From: Planctomycetota bacterium | GTDB lineage: Bacteria > Planctomycetota > B15-G4 | Assembly (NCBI GenBank): GCA_052387675.1 | Contig: JBQTIY010000007.1 | Location: forward strand, 257,544 to 321,543 | Length of the DNA: 64,000 nucleotides | Direction: 5' to 3' | Shown: piece after piece, positions 1 through 8,241 of the stretch | How positions within the stretch are numbered: position 1 is the first letter of the stretch | How the letters are laid out: every line of letters starts with the position of its first letter | Made by a program: the position numbers and the translations under genes | The notes under the pieces: generated by a model | Told to the model about the DNA's origin: nothing | What the model saw: the letters and a program-made list of their open reading frames with translations, nothing else | Databases searched by the model: none

Positions 1-506
1 TCCCCGGCATGCACGGCTGGGACGTGCTGGAGTCGCTGCGCAGCCGGCCCAACCCGCCGGCGGTGATCTTCGTCACGGCGCGCGACGCGCTCGAAGAGCG
101 GCTGCGCGGACTGCGCTCCGGCGGGGACGACTATCTCGTCAAGCCCTTCGCCTTCGAAGAGCTGCTGGCCCGCATCGAAGCCGTGCTGCGTCGCCGCGGC
201 GCCAGCACGCAGCACGTGGTCGGCGATCTCATCGTGGACCTGCTCGCCGGCACCGCCAGCCGCGCCGGCCGCCCGATCACGCTCACTCCCACGGAGTTCT
301 CGCTGCTCAAGGAGCTCGCCCGGGAGCCGGGCGCGGTGCGCTCGCGCGCTGAGCTGCTGAACGCCGTCTGGGGCATTCACTTCGACCCGGGCACCAATGT
401 TGTGGACGTGCACATTCGGCGCCTGCGCTCCAAGATCGACGACCCCTTCGCCTCCCCACTTCTCCAAACCGTCCGCGGAACAGGCTATGCCCTCCGAGCC
501 GGCTGA
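1..506 (+). CDS. OmpR/PhoB-family response regulator, 5'-truncated by the window edge
   Basis: The frame is open to base 1, and the sequence starts mid-receiver domain (PGMHGWDVL). The receiver C-terminal half is present (GGDDYLVKPFAFEELLARI), followed by a winged-helix output domain (LTPTEFSLLKEL, VDVHIRRLRSKID, TVRGTGYAL). Confidence 0.9.
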   Translation, partial: PGMHGWDVLESLRSRPNPPAVIFVTARDALEERLRGLRSGGDDYLVKPFAFEELLARIEAVLRRRGASTQHVVGDLIVDLLAGTASRAGRPITLTPTEFSLLKELAREPGAVRSRAELLNAVWGIHFDPGTNVVDVHIRRLRSKIDDPFASPLLQTVRGTGYALRAG

Positions 507-2010
507 ACTGCGCTGGTCGCTCACGCGGCGGCTGGCCACCAACTTCGCGGTCATCACGAGCTTGCTGCTGGCCTTCATGGCCTTGGGCACGAGCTGGGCG
601 CTGTACTCGTCGCTGCAGTCCGAAGTGGAAGACTTCCTGCAGCACGAGATTGAAGAGTTCGTGCTGGACCTTCAAGAATCCGACGGCAGCCCGGCCGGGC
701 TGCAAGCCGCCGCCGACGAAATCGCCGGCATCTCGGAGGAGATCGTGTGCGCCTTCCGCGTGCGTGACTCCGCCGGCCGCATCGTGGCGCAGGCCGGCGA
801 CTCGGCGCTGCTCGGTCATTCCGAAGTGCTCACGCCCTCCGGCACGGGTCACCGCACGGCCTCACTGTTCTTCCAAGAGATCTACCTCGTCACCCGGCCG
901 CTGGCCGACACGGACCTCACGGCAGAGATGCTGGCCAACGCCGCCGAGCAGCGCGAGCGCCTCTTCCGCATGCTCATGGGCGCCGGCCTTTGGCTCGGTC
1001 TCGCCGTGGCACTGGCCGGCTTCTTTGGCTGGCTGACCGCTTGGCGCGGCCTGCGCGAGCTGCGCGCGATGGTCAGCCAAGTGCGCGGCATCGCCCGTCC
1101 CACGCGCAACGGCATCCGCCTTGAGAATCCGCCGGTGGAACTGCAGGGCTTGAGCGACGAAGTCAACGCCATGCTCGAGCGCATTGAACAGGGCCTGCGT
1201 GAGATGCAGACCTTCACCGCGGGCTTGGCTCACGAGCTGCGCTCGCCCTTGCAGAACCTCCAGGGCGAAACAGAAGTGGCTCTGCTCGCGGAACGCTCGC
1301 CGGAGGCCTATCGCGACCTGCTGGCCAGCCATCTGGATGAGTTTGCCAGCCTCTCCGATGCCATCGACAACCTCATCGCCTGGTGCCGCACCTACGACCC
1401 CTCGCAACTGAGCGCCGCGCGCGAGCCCTTTGATTTAGCGCAGGCCGCCGAGCTGCGCCTGGCCCGCGAGCGCCGCAGTTCGGCGCGCGCCGGCGTCAGG
1501 CTGGAGCTGACCCGCTCGGGCGACACCGTGCTGCTTGGCGATCGCGAAGGCTGCCTACGCGTGGTGCGCAACCTCGTCGCCAATGCGCTCAACTGGAGCC
1601 CACGCGGCGAGGCCGTGGAAGTCCATGTGGACGGCCTGCCCGGCGTCGTGCGCCTGCGCGTGGACGATCGCGGCCCTGGCATTCCGCCCGCACTCGGCGA
1701 ACGCATCTTCGAGCCCTTCGTGACCACCGCGCCGCGGGTCGGACAGCGCGGCGGCTACGGTCTGGGCCTGGCGATCTGCCGCACGATTGTCGCGCAGCAC
1801 GGCGGACGGCTCTGGTACGAGGCGCGTCCGGGCGGCGGCACCAGCTTCTTCGCCGAGTTCCCGCGCGCAGACTCAGCGCCAGCGCGCCGGCCGGTAAGCC
1901 CAGAGCAGCGGCAGCAGCAGCAGCAGGCTCACCACAGCCGCGAGCGCCTGCACGGGCGGATCGAAGCGCAGATGCGTCACGATCGCTCCGACGAGCAGGC
2001 CCGTGAGTAG
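487..2010 (+). CDS. Sensor histidine kinase (two-TM sensor, HAMP-like linker, HisKA + HATPase_c)
   Basis: An in-frame ATG at 487 overlaps the regulator stop by 20 nt. The H-box is FTAGLAHELRSPL, the N-box is VVRNLVANALNWS and the G-boxes are DDRGPGIP and GGYGLGLAI. The ORF-track start at 397 lies inside the upstream gene. The last ~45 aa are low-complexity (QQQQQ) and antisense to the next gene. Confidence 0.85.
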   Translation: MPSEPAELRWSLTRRLATNFAVITSLLLAFMALGTSWALYSSLQSEVEDFLQHEIEEFVLDLQESDGSPAGLQAAADEIAGISEEIVCAFRVRDSAGRIVAQAGDSALLGHSEVLTPSGTGHRTASLFFQEIYLVTRPLADTDLTAEMLANAAEQRERLFRMLMGAGLWLGLAVALAGFFGWLTAWRGLRELRAMVSQVRGIARPTRNGIRLENPPVELQGLSDEVNAMLERIEQGLREMQTFTAGLAHELRSPLQNLQGETEVALLAERSPEAYRDLLASHLDEFASLSDAIDNLIAWCRTYDPSQLSAAREPFDLAQAAELRLARERRSSARAGVRLELTRSGDTVLLGDREGCLRVVRNLVANALNWSPRGEAVEVHVDGLPGVVRLRVDDRGPGIPPALGERIFEPFVTTAPRVGQRGGYGLGLAICRTIVAQHGGRLWYEARPGGGTSFFAEFPRADSAPARRPVSPEQRQQQQQAHHSRERLHGRIEAQMRHDRSDEQARE

Positions 2011-2253
2011 TGCAGCGCCGAGAAACGCGAGTCCCGGCACGAGCAGCGCCGCGGCGCCCACGAGCTGGCTGATGCCCACCAGCATTCGAAAGCCGTCGGA
2101 GTAGCCCCAGCGACGGAAGTCCTCGGCCATGCGCACGTCGCCGCTGAGGTTCTTAATCGCCAGGAAGACGAAGAAGGCCGCCAGCAGAAGGCGCAAGGCC
2201 AGCAGCGCGCGCGAGGTGCCCAGGCCCTGCTCGGGAGTCAGATGCGTGAGCAT
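1873..2253 (-). CDS. DoxX-family small integral membrane protein
   Basis: 126 aa with 4 predicted TM helices. The pattern LLALRLLLAAFFVFLAIKNL...GISQLVGAAALLVPG is typical of DoxX. The start overlaps the SDR stop by 16 nt. Confidence 0.65.
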   Translation of the reverse strand: MLTHLTPEQGLGTSRALLALRLLLAAFFVFLAIKNLSGDVRMAEDFRRWGYSDGFRMLVGISQLVGAAALLVPGLAFLGAALLTGLLVGAIVTHLRFDPPVQALAAVVSLLLLLPLLWAYRPARWR

Positions 2254-3050
2254 GCGGCCTCCACGGCGAAGGGCTTCATCTGGCGCGACTTGCCGGCCAG
2301 CGCGCGATCGACCAGACGCGGCAGCAGTGCGTTGAGTCGGACAAAAAACGGCTCGGCGCGCCCGAGATAACGGTCCTTGGCGTTGCGCTCGAGCGCTGAG
2401 ACAACCAGCCGCGCCACGACCTCGGGCCGATCGAGCGGCATGCCGGTGGCAGCGGCCATGCGGCCGAAGATCGTGGCCAGTGGCGTGGCGGTGGCGCGTG
2501 GCGCTACGTAGGTGACGCCGATGCCCGAACCTTGCAGCTCACGCCGCAAGGCCTCCGAGAAGCCGCGGATGGCGAACTTGCTGGCGCTGTAGCTCGCGAA
2601 CCAGGGGAAGGCGATCGAGCCGAAGATCGAACCCACATTGACGATGTGGCCCGAGCCCTGCGCCTGGAAGGTCGCCAGCACCTGCTGCGTGAGTAGCACC
2701 GGTGCGACGACGTTGATGCGAAAGGTGGCTTCGATGTCGGCTGGCCGTTCCAGCTCCAACGGTGCGAAGTCCAGCACGCCCGCGTTGTTCACCAGGATGT
2801 CGAGACCGCCCAAGGCCTCGACGGCGCGCCGCACCGTGCGCGGCAGTTCCTCGAGCCGCCCCAGATCGGCAGCCAGGGGCACAGCCTGGGCAGCCAGCGC
2901 GGGCGTCTCCTCGATGAGTCGGCGCAGCGCGGTCTCATCGCGATCGAGCAGCGCCAGGCGCGCCCCGCGTGCGGCCAGTTCGCGCGCCACGCATCGGCCG
3001 ATACCGCCGGCAGCGCCGGTCAAGAGGATCTTGGCTTGGTCGAGCTTCAT
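2238..3050 (-). CDS. Short-chain dehydrogenase/reductase (classical SDR)
   Basis: It has the TGAAGGIGR cofactor motif, NNAG, and the catalytic YSASKFAIRG (YxxxK). There is an ATGA overlap with the upstream ligase gene at 3047-3050. Confidence 0.9.
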   Translation of the reverse strand: MKLDQAKILLTGAAGGIGRCVARELAARGARLALLDRDETALRRLIEETPALAAQAVPLAADLGRLEELPRTVRRAVEALGGLDILVNNAGVLDFAPLELERPADIEATFRINVVAPVLLTQQVLATFQAQGSGHIVNVGSIFGSIAFPWFASYSASKFAIRGFSEALRRELQGSGIGVTYVAPRATATPLATIFGRMAAATGMPLDRPEVVARLVVSALERNAKDRYLGRAEPFFVRLNALLPRLVDRALAGKSRQMKPFAVEAACSRI

Positions 3051-5233
3051 GCACAGGCTCCCAGAGGTGCGCGGCTCGGCTGGGAGGCCGTCGGCAGCGC
3101 ACGGAAAACGTCGCCATAGAGGCGGAAGAAAACGCGGGCGGCATGCAGCACGGCCTGCCGGTCGGCCTCGCTGTCGAGGCGGTTCATGAGGGTTTCGAAG
3201 AAGGCCACGTGGCCTTGGTCGAGCGCACCGTGTGAGCTGAGGTAGCGCACGGCCCCATCCGGCAAGCCGAGTGAACGCTGCAGCCCAGCAGCAGCGCCGG
3301 TCGCGCCGCGCGCCGACACGCCTTCAAGCACATGGACCATGCCGAAGAAGCCCACCGGGTCGCCGCGCAGCACGGTGTCCCAGGCGTAGGCCACCATGAG
3401 TTCGCAGGGCAGGTCGGGCTTCCCGGCCGCGACAGCCTCTGCATCACCGCCGCACGCGGCGATGTCGTCCAGGATCCATTGCTGGTGGCCGGTCTCCTCG
3501 GCGATGTACTCGCCGATCGCGGCCCGCAGCCATTCGTGCCGGTCCGAGAGGCGCGCGCCCGTGGCCATGAGCAGCGGCACGGTGTGCTTCACGTGGTGAT
3601 AGGCCTGCGTGAGGAAGGCCACATAGGCCGGCAGGTCAAGCTCGCCGTGTACGGCGGCGCGCACGAAGGGAATGCGAAAGAAGTCCTCGCGCTGGGCGGC
3701 GGTTTCTGCGCAGAGACGGTCGTGAAAGGTCATGGGCGCTCTCGAGATGTGGGCGGGCAGGGGCGCGGGCAGAGTCAACAGGTGCGGGTAGGCGGTGGCC
3801 ACGGCCGCGCGACGGAGGCGACCGGCCACACTGAGCTGTCCATTGCTGGCGGAGAAGGGCGCGCTCGCCCGCACCCAGTACTCCACGCGGGCGTAATCGG
3901 GCAAACGGGCATTGGCCGAGTCGACGGCGGCCGCTAGCTCGTCATCCGTTGGACCAACATCCGCCGGCACAAGCACAGCGCGCGGTTGCGGCAAGCCATC
4001 CCCCAGCACGCAGGCCGCGGCGACCGCGGGGCTCGTGAGCAGTTCACGCTCCACCCACTCCGGCGAGAGCTTGCGACCGAAGGCTGTGCGCAGCACCGCG
4101 CTCTTGCGCCCGACCAGGCTCAGGTGACCGTGCTCGTCGAAGGCGCCCAGGTCACCTGTGGCCAGCCAGCCGTCACTGCGCAGCGGGGCGGGTTCGCCGC
4201 CCACATAGCCCAGCCACGCGGAACCACGCACGAGGACTTCGCGATCCTCAGCGAGCCGAACTTCCACGTGCGGCAGCGGCCGCCCGACTGTCCCTGCGTG
4301 CCGCGAGTCCGGGCGGTTGAGCGCAACGACTGAACCGGCCTCCGAGAGTCCGTAGCCTTCGAAGACCGGCAGTCCGAGGCGCTGCGCCCGCTCGAGCAGC
4401 TGCAGCGGCACCGGTGCGCCACCGACTCCTAGAAAGCGCAGCGCAGGCAAGCGCACGCCACGCTCAAGCTGCTCAACGATGAGCGCCAAGGTTTGCGGCA
4501 CGAGAATGGCGGTGGTCGCTTGCAGTTCAGCCAGAGAGGCCACGAGCAGGTCGCCGCGCTGCGCGCTGCTGCCGGCGAGGCCGATGCGCGAGGCGGGCGG
4601 CAGCACAACGCGTGCACCGGCCGACAGGCCCCGGTACAGCCCGCCGACGTTCTCGAGCAGCACGCTGAGTGGCAGCAGCGCGACGTGGACATCACTGGGC
4701 CCGATGCCGGTGGCCTGCACCAGCGAGCGGGTCACTTCGAGCAGGCCGACGTGCGACAGGCGCACGCCCTTCGGCTCGCCGGTCGTGCCGGATGTGAAGG
4801 TGACCTTCTCGCCGCCGCGCACCGCACTCGGCAGCGGCTCGGGCAGGCGGGCAAAGGCCAGCCCCTCCCGCAGAGAGACGAGTTCCGCGCCGGGGCCCAG
4901 CAGAGCCTCGGCGCGCGTGACCGCAGCGGCGTCCACGATGAGGCCGTTCAGGCCGGCGACGCCCAGCACATGGCGCAATTGAGCCGTCGTGAAGAAGTGC
5001 GGCAGCGGCACGAGCGCCGCGCCGAGCCGCTGAGCGGCGAGATCGGCCAGTGCCCAAGGCAGGCCATTGTCAGCCAACAAGCCGAGGGCGAGCCGGCCAG
5101 CCGCGAGTTCCTGGGTGCACAGCGTGGCCAGAGCGTCGGCGCACTCGGCAACGCGCCGCTCGCGCTCGGCGCGGTCCCAGACCTGGCCCACGCCGTCGTC
5201 GAGCAAGCCCTGCCAATCAGCCGAGGCGTTCAT
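3047..5233 (-). CDS. Fusion protein: acyl-CoA synthetase-like adenylating domain + C-terminal heme-oxygenase-like (Haem_oxygenas_2/TenA/PqqC-type) putative diiron domain
   Basis: The start is taken at ATG 5233 (MNASADWQ), which forms an ATGA overlap with the upstream stop at 5230; the ORF-track N-terminal 90 aa are Arg-rich shadow sequence. Adenylation motifs are FTSGTTGEPKG, FEGYGLSEAG and WLATGDLG..GHLSLVGRKS. The C-terminal ~220 aa (MTFHDRL...) carry His/carboxylate motifs AYHHVKH, IAEETGHQQW, MVHVLEGVS and HGALDQGHVAFF. There is no stop between the two domains. Confidence 0.8.
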   Translation of the reverse strand: MNASADWQGLLDDGVGQVWDRAERERRVAECADALATLCTQELAAGRLALGLLADNGLPWALADLAAQRLGAALVPLPHFFTTAQLRHVLGVAGLNGLIVDAAAVTRAEALLGPGAELVSLREGLAFARLPEPLPSAVRGGEKVTFTSGTTGEPKGVRLSHVGLLEVTRSLVQATGIGPSDVHVALLPLSVLLENVGGLYRGLSAGARVVLPPASRIGLAGSSAQRGDLLVASLAELQATTAILVPQTLALIVEQLERGVRLPALRFLGVGGAPVPLQLLERAQRLGLPVFEGYGLSEAGSVVALNRPDSRHAGTVGRPLPHVEVRLAEDREVLVRGSAWLGYVGGEPAPLRSDGWLATGDLGAFDEHGHLSLVGRKSAVLRTAFGRKLSPEWVERELLTSPAVAAACVLGDGLPQPRAVLVPADVGPTDDELAAAVDSANARLPDYARVEYWVRASAPFSASNGQLSVAGRLRRAAVATAYPHLLTLPAPLPAHISRAPMTFHDRLCAETAAQREDFFRIPFVRAAVHGELDLPAYVAFLTQAYHHVKHTVPLLMATGARLSDRHEWLRAAIGEYIAEETGHQQWILDDIAACGGDAEAVAAGKPDLPCELMVAYAWDTVLRGDPVGFFGMVHVLEGVSARGATGAAAGLQRSLGLPDGAVRYLSSHGALDQGHVAFFETLMNRLDSEADRQAVLHAARVFFRLYGDVFRALPTASQPSRAPLGACA

Positions 5234-5904
5234 GCGACGTGGCGTGCCAAAAGACGCCCCCGTGCGAAGGCCGCGTTCCACGCGGCCCCACAGGTGTCGA
5301 CCAAGCTTGCGTCGCGCGCGGCAACCGCTCGCATGGCCGCCACCGGCACGGCGGTGAGCCGCGGATCGGTTTCGTAGTAAGTGCCCCAGTCGGAGAGTCG
5401 GCCGCCCAAGCGCCGGCCATCGGCCTCGCCGAGATCTAGGAGTTGCAGGCCCATACGCAGGAAGGCCGCGCGCAGCGCGCGCGTGGCCGTGAATACGGAC
5501 CACTCGACTCCGGCGCCGTCGAGGAAGGCCGCCATGGTGCTGACGAGCGCGCGGCCCAAGCCGGGCGTCTGCCCACTGAGATTGCCGACCTCAGCCAGCA
5601 AACTGCGCGGCACCGCGCGGCCGAGCGCGCGCGAGAGAGCGCTCTCCACCGGCTCATCGAGATACTCCTCCAGAAACATGCGCGCCGGATCGCGGCCGAG
5701 CTGTGCGCCGATGACACCGGCCGGCACCTGGCGCGACACGCCGCTCGGCGCGGCAGCCTCCAGCCCGAGCAGAATCGGGAGCAGGTGCTCGATGCGGGCG
5801 CCGTAGCAGCGGGCGTAGACCTCTCGCACAGTGGCAGCCAGGACGTCGCGCTGCGAGGCGTGGTCAAGGCAGAGCTGCAGGCGCGGGCTTGGGGCGGGAG
5901 CCAT
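5230..5904 (-). CDS. Thermostable-hemolysin (T_hemolysin, GNAT-like fold) family protein
   Basis: It matches my recollection of the delta-VPH family signature: FLEEYLDEPVE, EVGNLSG, WSVFTAT..LRAAFLRMGLQLLDLGEAD, WGTYYETDP. The ATG at 5904 is preferred over the TTG ORF-track start at 5940. Confidence 0.7.
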   Translation of the reverse strand: MAPAPSPRLQLCLDHASQRDVLAATVREVYARCYGARIEHLLPILLGLEAAAPSGVSRQVPAGVIGAQLGRDPARMFLEEYLDEPVESALSRALGRAVPRSLLAEVGNLSGQTPGLGRALVSTMAAFLDGAGVEWSVFTATRALRAAFLRMGLQLLDLGEADGRRLGGRLSDWGTYYETDPRLTAVPVAAMRAVAARDASLVDTCGAAWNAAFARGRLLARHVA

Positions 5905-6007
5905 GGACGGCACTCGCGTGGGAGGCAGGACTGGTGACAACAGGTCTGGTCCTCTTGACGGCAGCAGGTGACACCAAGCTGAGTGACACCTTTGTCATGA
6001 GGCGCGG

Positions 6008-6676
6008 TCATGAGCGCAGCACCGCCAGCGCCGCCACCACGGCGACGGTCAGGAGCGCGCCGCGTTCCACGCGCAGCACGCGCCGCCAGGGATAGGCCGG
6101 CCGAGGCTGGACGGCCGTTTCAGGGGCCGGCGTCAGCGCGGAGGAGGGGCTGCGTGCAGGTCTGCCGCGCGGGATACGCGGCCACCAGCGCGGCACGCGC
6201 AGGCAATACGCTTGGTAGCTCGCGGGGTAGAGCCGTTCTAGCACTCCCTCTTCCCAGAGCACGATGCTGTGATACCAGGCCAGCGCCGCGACGCCGGCGC
6301 AGGGCGCGAGCCAAATCGGGCCGAGCATGAGCACCGTGCCCATCAAACCGCTGCAGTTGGCGAGGTAGAGCGGATTGCGCACGTAGGCGAAGGGACCGTC
6401 TTCGACGAGCACGCGTTGCTCCTGCGCCTTGAGGGCATGCACGCGGGCCGCGCCCCGGATGCTGCGGCAACTCCACAGGCGCACGGCGAGATAGGCGAAC
6501 AGCAGCACACCTCCCGCAGCAATTCCCCAGGCCTGAGCGCCGCCCAGCCACAGCGCCGTCAAGAAAAAAGGCGGGTGAATCCAGCGGCGGCGCTCGAAAA
6601 GGCCCGCGCCCCACTCGCTGGCTGCCGGCACTTCCACGGGAGATTCGGCGGGCGGTGGGCTGAACTGGCTGGGCAT
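6008..6676 (-). CDS. ICMT/PEMT-like membrane methyltransferase, paralog 1
   Basis: It is polytopic and carries GPFAYVRNPLYLAN and VLWEE..L...Y...Y..Y....PR, typical of the isoprenylcysteine carboxyl / phospholipid methyltransferase family. It has an extra C-terminal YPWRRV + TM tail. A paralog lies at 30186-30818. Confidence 0.75.
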   Translation of the reverse strand: MPSQFSPPPAESPVEVPAASEWGAGLFERRRWIHPPFFLTALWLGGAQAWGIAAGGVLLFAYLAVRLWSCRSIRGAARVHALKAQEQRVLVEDGPFAYVRNPLYLANCSGLMGTVLMLGPIWLAPCAGVAALAWYHSIVLWEEGVLERLYPASYQAYCLRVPRWWPRIPRGRPARSPSSALTPAPETAVQPRPAYPWRRVLRVERGALLTVAVVAALAVLRS

Positions 6677-6809
6677 CGGAGGCTCCGGCGTTTGGTCAGC
6701 GCCGGAAGTCCGGTGCTGACGTCACGCATTGAGCCCTGAATCCCCGCGCGAAGCCCGTTAAGGCTTCGTCATCTTCGAAGGGGCCGGCTCAGCCCGAGAG
6801 CGCGCCGCG

Positions 6810-7802
6810 TCAGCGCGAGAGCGCGCGCGTGATGTGCGGCAGCGAAGCCTCGTAGCGATAGCTCGTGCCGAAGTGGCCATCGTCGAACTCTTCGTGCAGC
6901 ACGGTGACGCCGACAGCGCGCAGCGCCGCTGCGAGTTGGCGCGCGCCGTAGTGCAACTGGTACTCGTCGCGCGTGCCGGCATCGAGGTAAACGAGACGGA
7001 AGTCGCGCAGGCCCGGGCCTTCGCGCGCAGCACGCTCCACCGGATCGCAAGCCAGCCAGCGCGCCCACGTCTGCGGCAGCAGCCGGCCGGTGCGCGGCTC
7101 GAAGGGCAGCGCCACGCCCAGCGGCTGCGCGGCGTCGGGCGAATACGCGGCCGCCATGGCGAGCACATTCATGGCCAAGACGAGCGGCGTCGTCTTGCGC
7201 GGCGCCGCTTCGAAGACTTCGACAAAGGCGCGCGCATCGCGGCAGTGTTCGAGCTGCGCGAGCAGCTTGGGGAAGTCGGGCTTGTAGCAGAGCTCGAAGC
7301 CCGCATCACCCGCGTGGCTCGCCAGTGCGGAGAAGAGCTCGGGATGCGCGAGGGAGAGATGCAGCGCGCCGTAGCCGCCCGAAGACTTGCCCATGAGCCC
7401 GCGCCGCTCGCGCCGGCCACCGGCACCGAACTCGGCCTCGACGCGCGGCAGGAGTTCCTGAAGCAGGTGGTCCTCGTAGCGACCCGTGGCTGGGCTGTTG
7501 CGGTACTGACTGCCTCCCAGCCGCGTGAAGGCGTCGGGGAAGGCGAAGACTGCCGGCGCGACGCGCCCGGCCGCCAACAGCCGCTCGTAGCGCTCCGGGA
7601 AGGACGGTTCCCAGGGCGTGCCCCGCAGTTGTCCGGCGCCCACCCCGGTGAAACCGGCCAGCACGAAGATGAGCGGCAGCCCGCGCGGATCGCGGTCCGG
7701 CGGCAGGTACACGGGCAGTTCACGGCGCGTCGGATCGCCCAGCGGATTGCCGGCCAGCACCGCACTGTCCACCACGAGCGTCTGCACGCGGCCTTCGATC
7801 AC
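6810..7802 (-). CDS. Alpha/beta-hydrolase of the putative-esterase family (enterochelin-esterase / S-formylglutathione-hydrolase-like)
   Basis: It has a GTG start, PVYLPPD...[11 protein letters not shown], the nucleophile elbow [10 protein letters not shown], and a C-terminal DDGHF histidine region. Confidence 0.75.
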   Translation of the reverse strand: MIEGRVQTLVVDSAVLAGNPLGDPTRRELPVYLPPDRDPRGLPLIFVLAGFTGVGAGQLRGTPWEPSFPERYERLLAAGRVAPAVFAFPDAFTRLGGSQYRNSPATGRYEDHLLQELLPRVEAEFGAGGRRERRGLMGKSSGGYGALHLSLAHPELFSALASHAGDAGFELCYKPDFPKLLAQLEHCRDARAFVEVFEAAPRKTTPLVLAMNVLAMAAAYSPDAAQPLGVALPFEPRTGRLLPQTWARWLACDPVERAAREGPGLRDFRLVYLDAGTRDEYQLHYGARQLAAALRAVGVTVLHEEFDDGHFGTSYRYEASLPHITRALSR

Positions 7803-7858
7803 GGCGCAGAGCCTACCCTCTTACCTTGTCAGGGATCCCCGGATATCCTGCCGCCGCC

Positions 7859-7888
7859 GACCGCCAACGTCTGGCGGTCACTTTTTTT
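7859..7888 (+). terminator. Intrinsic-terminator-like hairpin + T7 tract inside the csp leader (possible attenuator)
   Basis: The stem is GACCGCCA (7859-7866), the loop ACGTC, and the closing stem TGGCGGTC (7872-7879), followed by AC and TTTTTTT (7882-7888). It lies 25 nt upstream of the csp ATG. A T7 run is conspicuous in ~70% GC DNA. Confidence 0.4.
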
Positions 7889-7912
7889 CATCAGGTTGTT
7901 CAGGAGTTGTCC

Positions 7913-8125
7913 ATGCCAGTCGGACGTGTCAAGTGGTTCAGTGATGAGAAGGGTTACGGTTTCATCGAAGTTGAGGGTCGCGAGAAGGACGTGTTCGTCC
8001 ATTACAGCGACATCAAGGGCGATGGCTTCCGCACCCTCGATGAAGGTGCCAAGGTCGAGTTCAACATCGAGCCCGGCAAGAACGGCGACCGCGCCAAGGA
8101 CGTGATGAAGGTGGAGGCCGCCTGA
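7913..8125 (+). CDS. csp: Cold-shock protein (CspA family, S1-like CSD)
   Basis: [18 protein letters not shown] (RNP1) and DVFVHYS (RNP2) are present in a 70-aa protein. A CAGGAG RBS sits 6 nt upstream of the ATG at 7913. The ORF-track start at 7826 is an upstream extension. Confidence 0.95.
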   Translation: MPVGRVKWFSDEKGYGFIEVEGREKDVFVHYSDIKGDGFRTLDEGAKVEFNIEPGKNGDRAKDVMKVEAA

Positions 8126-8143
8126 CCACCGATTGCGCAGCGG

Positions 8144-8180
8144 GCCCCGGCGTCGCAAGACGCCGGGGCTCGCAGTGTTT
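8144..8180 (+). terminator. Probable csp terminator
   Basis: An 11-bp perfect stem GCCCCGGCGTC / GACGCCGGGGC with a GCAA tetraloop (8144-8169) is followed by the weak T-containing tail TCGCAGTGTTTCT. Confidence 0.5.
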
Positions 8181-8241
8181 CTGGGGTGCCCGCGGTACCG
8201 TGTCGGGCGCCTCAATCCCCCACCCCGCGTAGGAGCCCTCC

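Noticed and set aside
3047-5503. N-terminal extensions in the ORF track (3047..5503, 22025..22930, 22085..23422, 30186..31403, 30815..32881, 39820..42066, 55333..57459, 48111..49352)
   Set aside because: The extensions overlap upstream genes and are Arg-rich. In each case an internal ATG or GTG creates a canonical 4-nt overlap with the upstream stop or has a GGAGG/AGGAG RBS, so I used the shorter models.
7820-7860. A sigma70-type promoter for csp (TTGTCA ... TATCCT)
   Set aside because: The spacing between the best -35-like and -10-like hexamers is 12 nt, or 18 nt with a poor CTTACC -35. That is not convincing enough to annotate.
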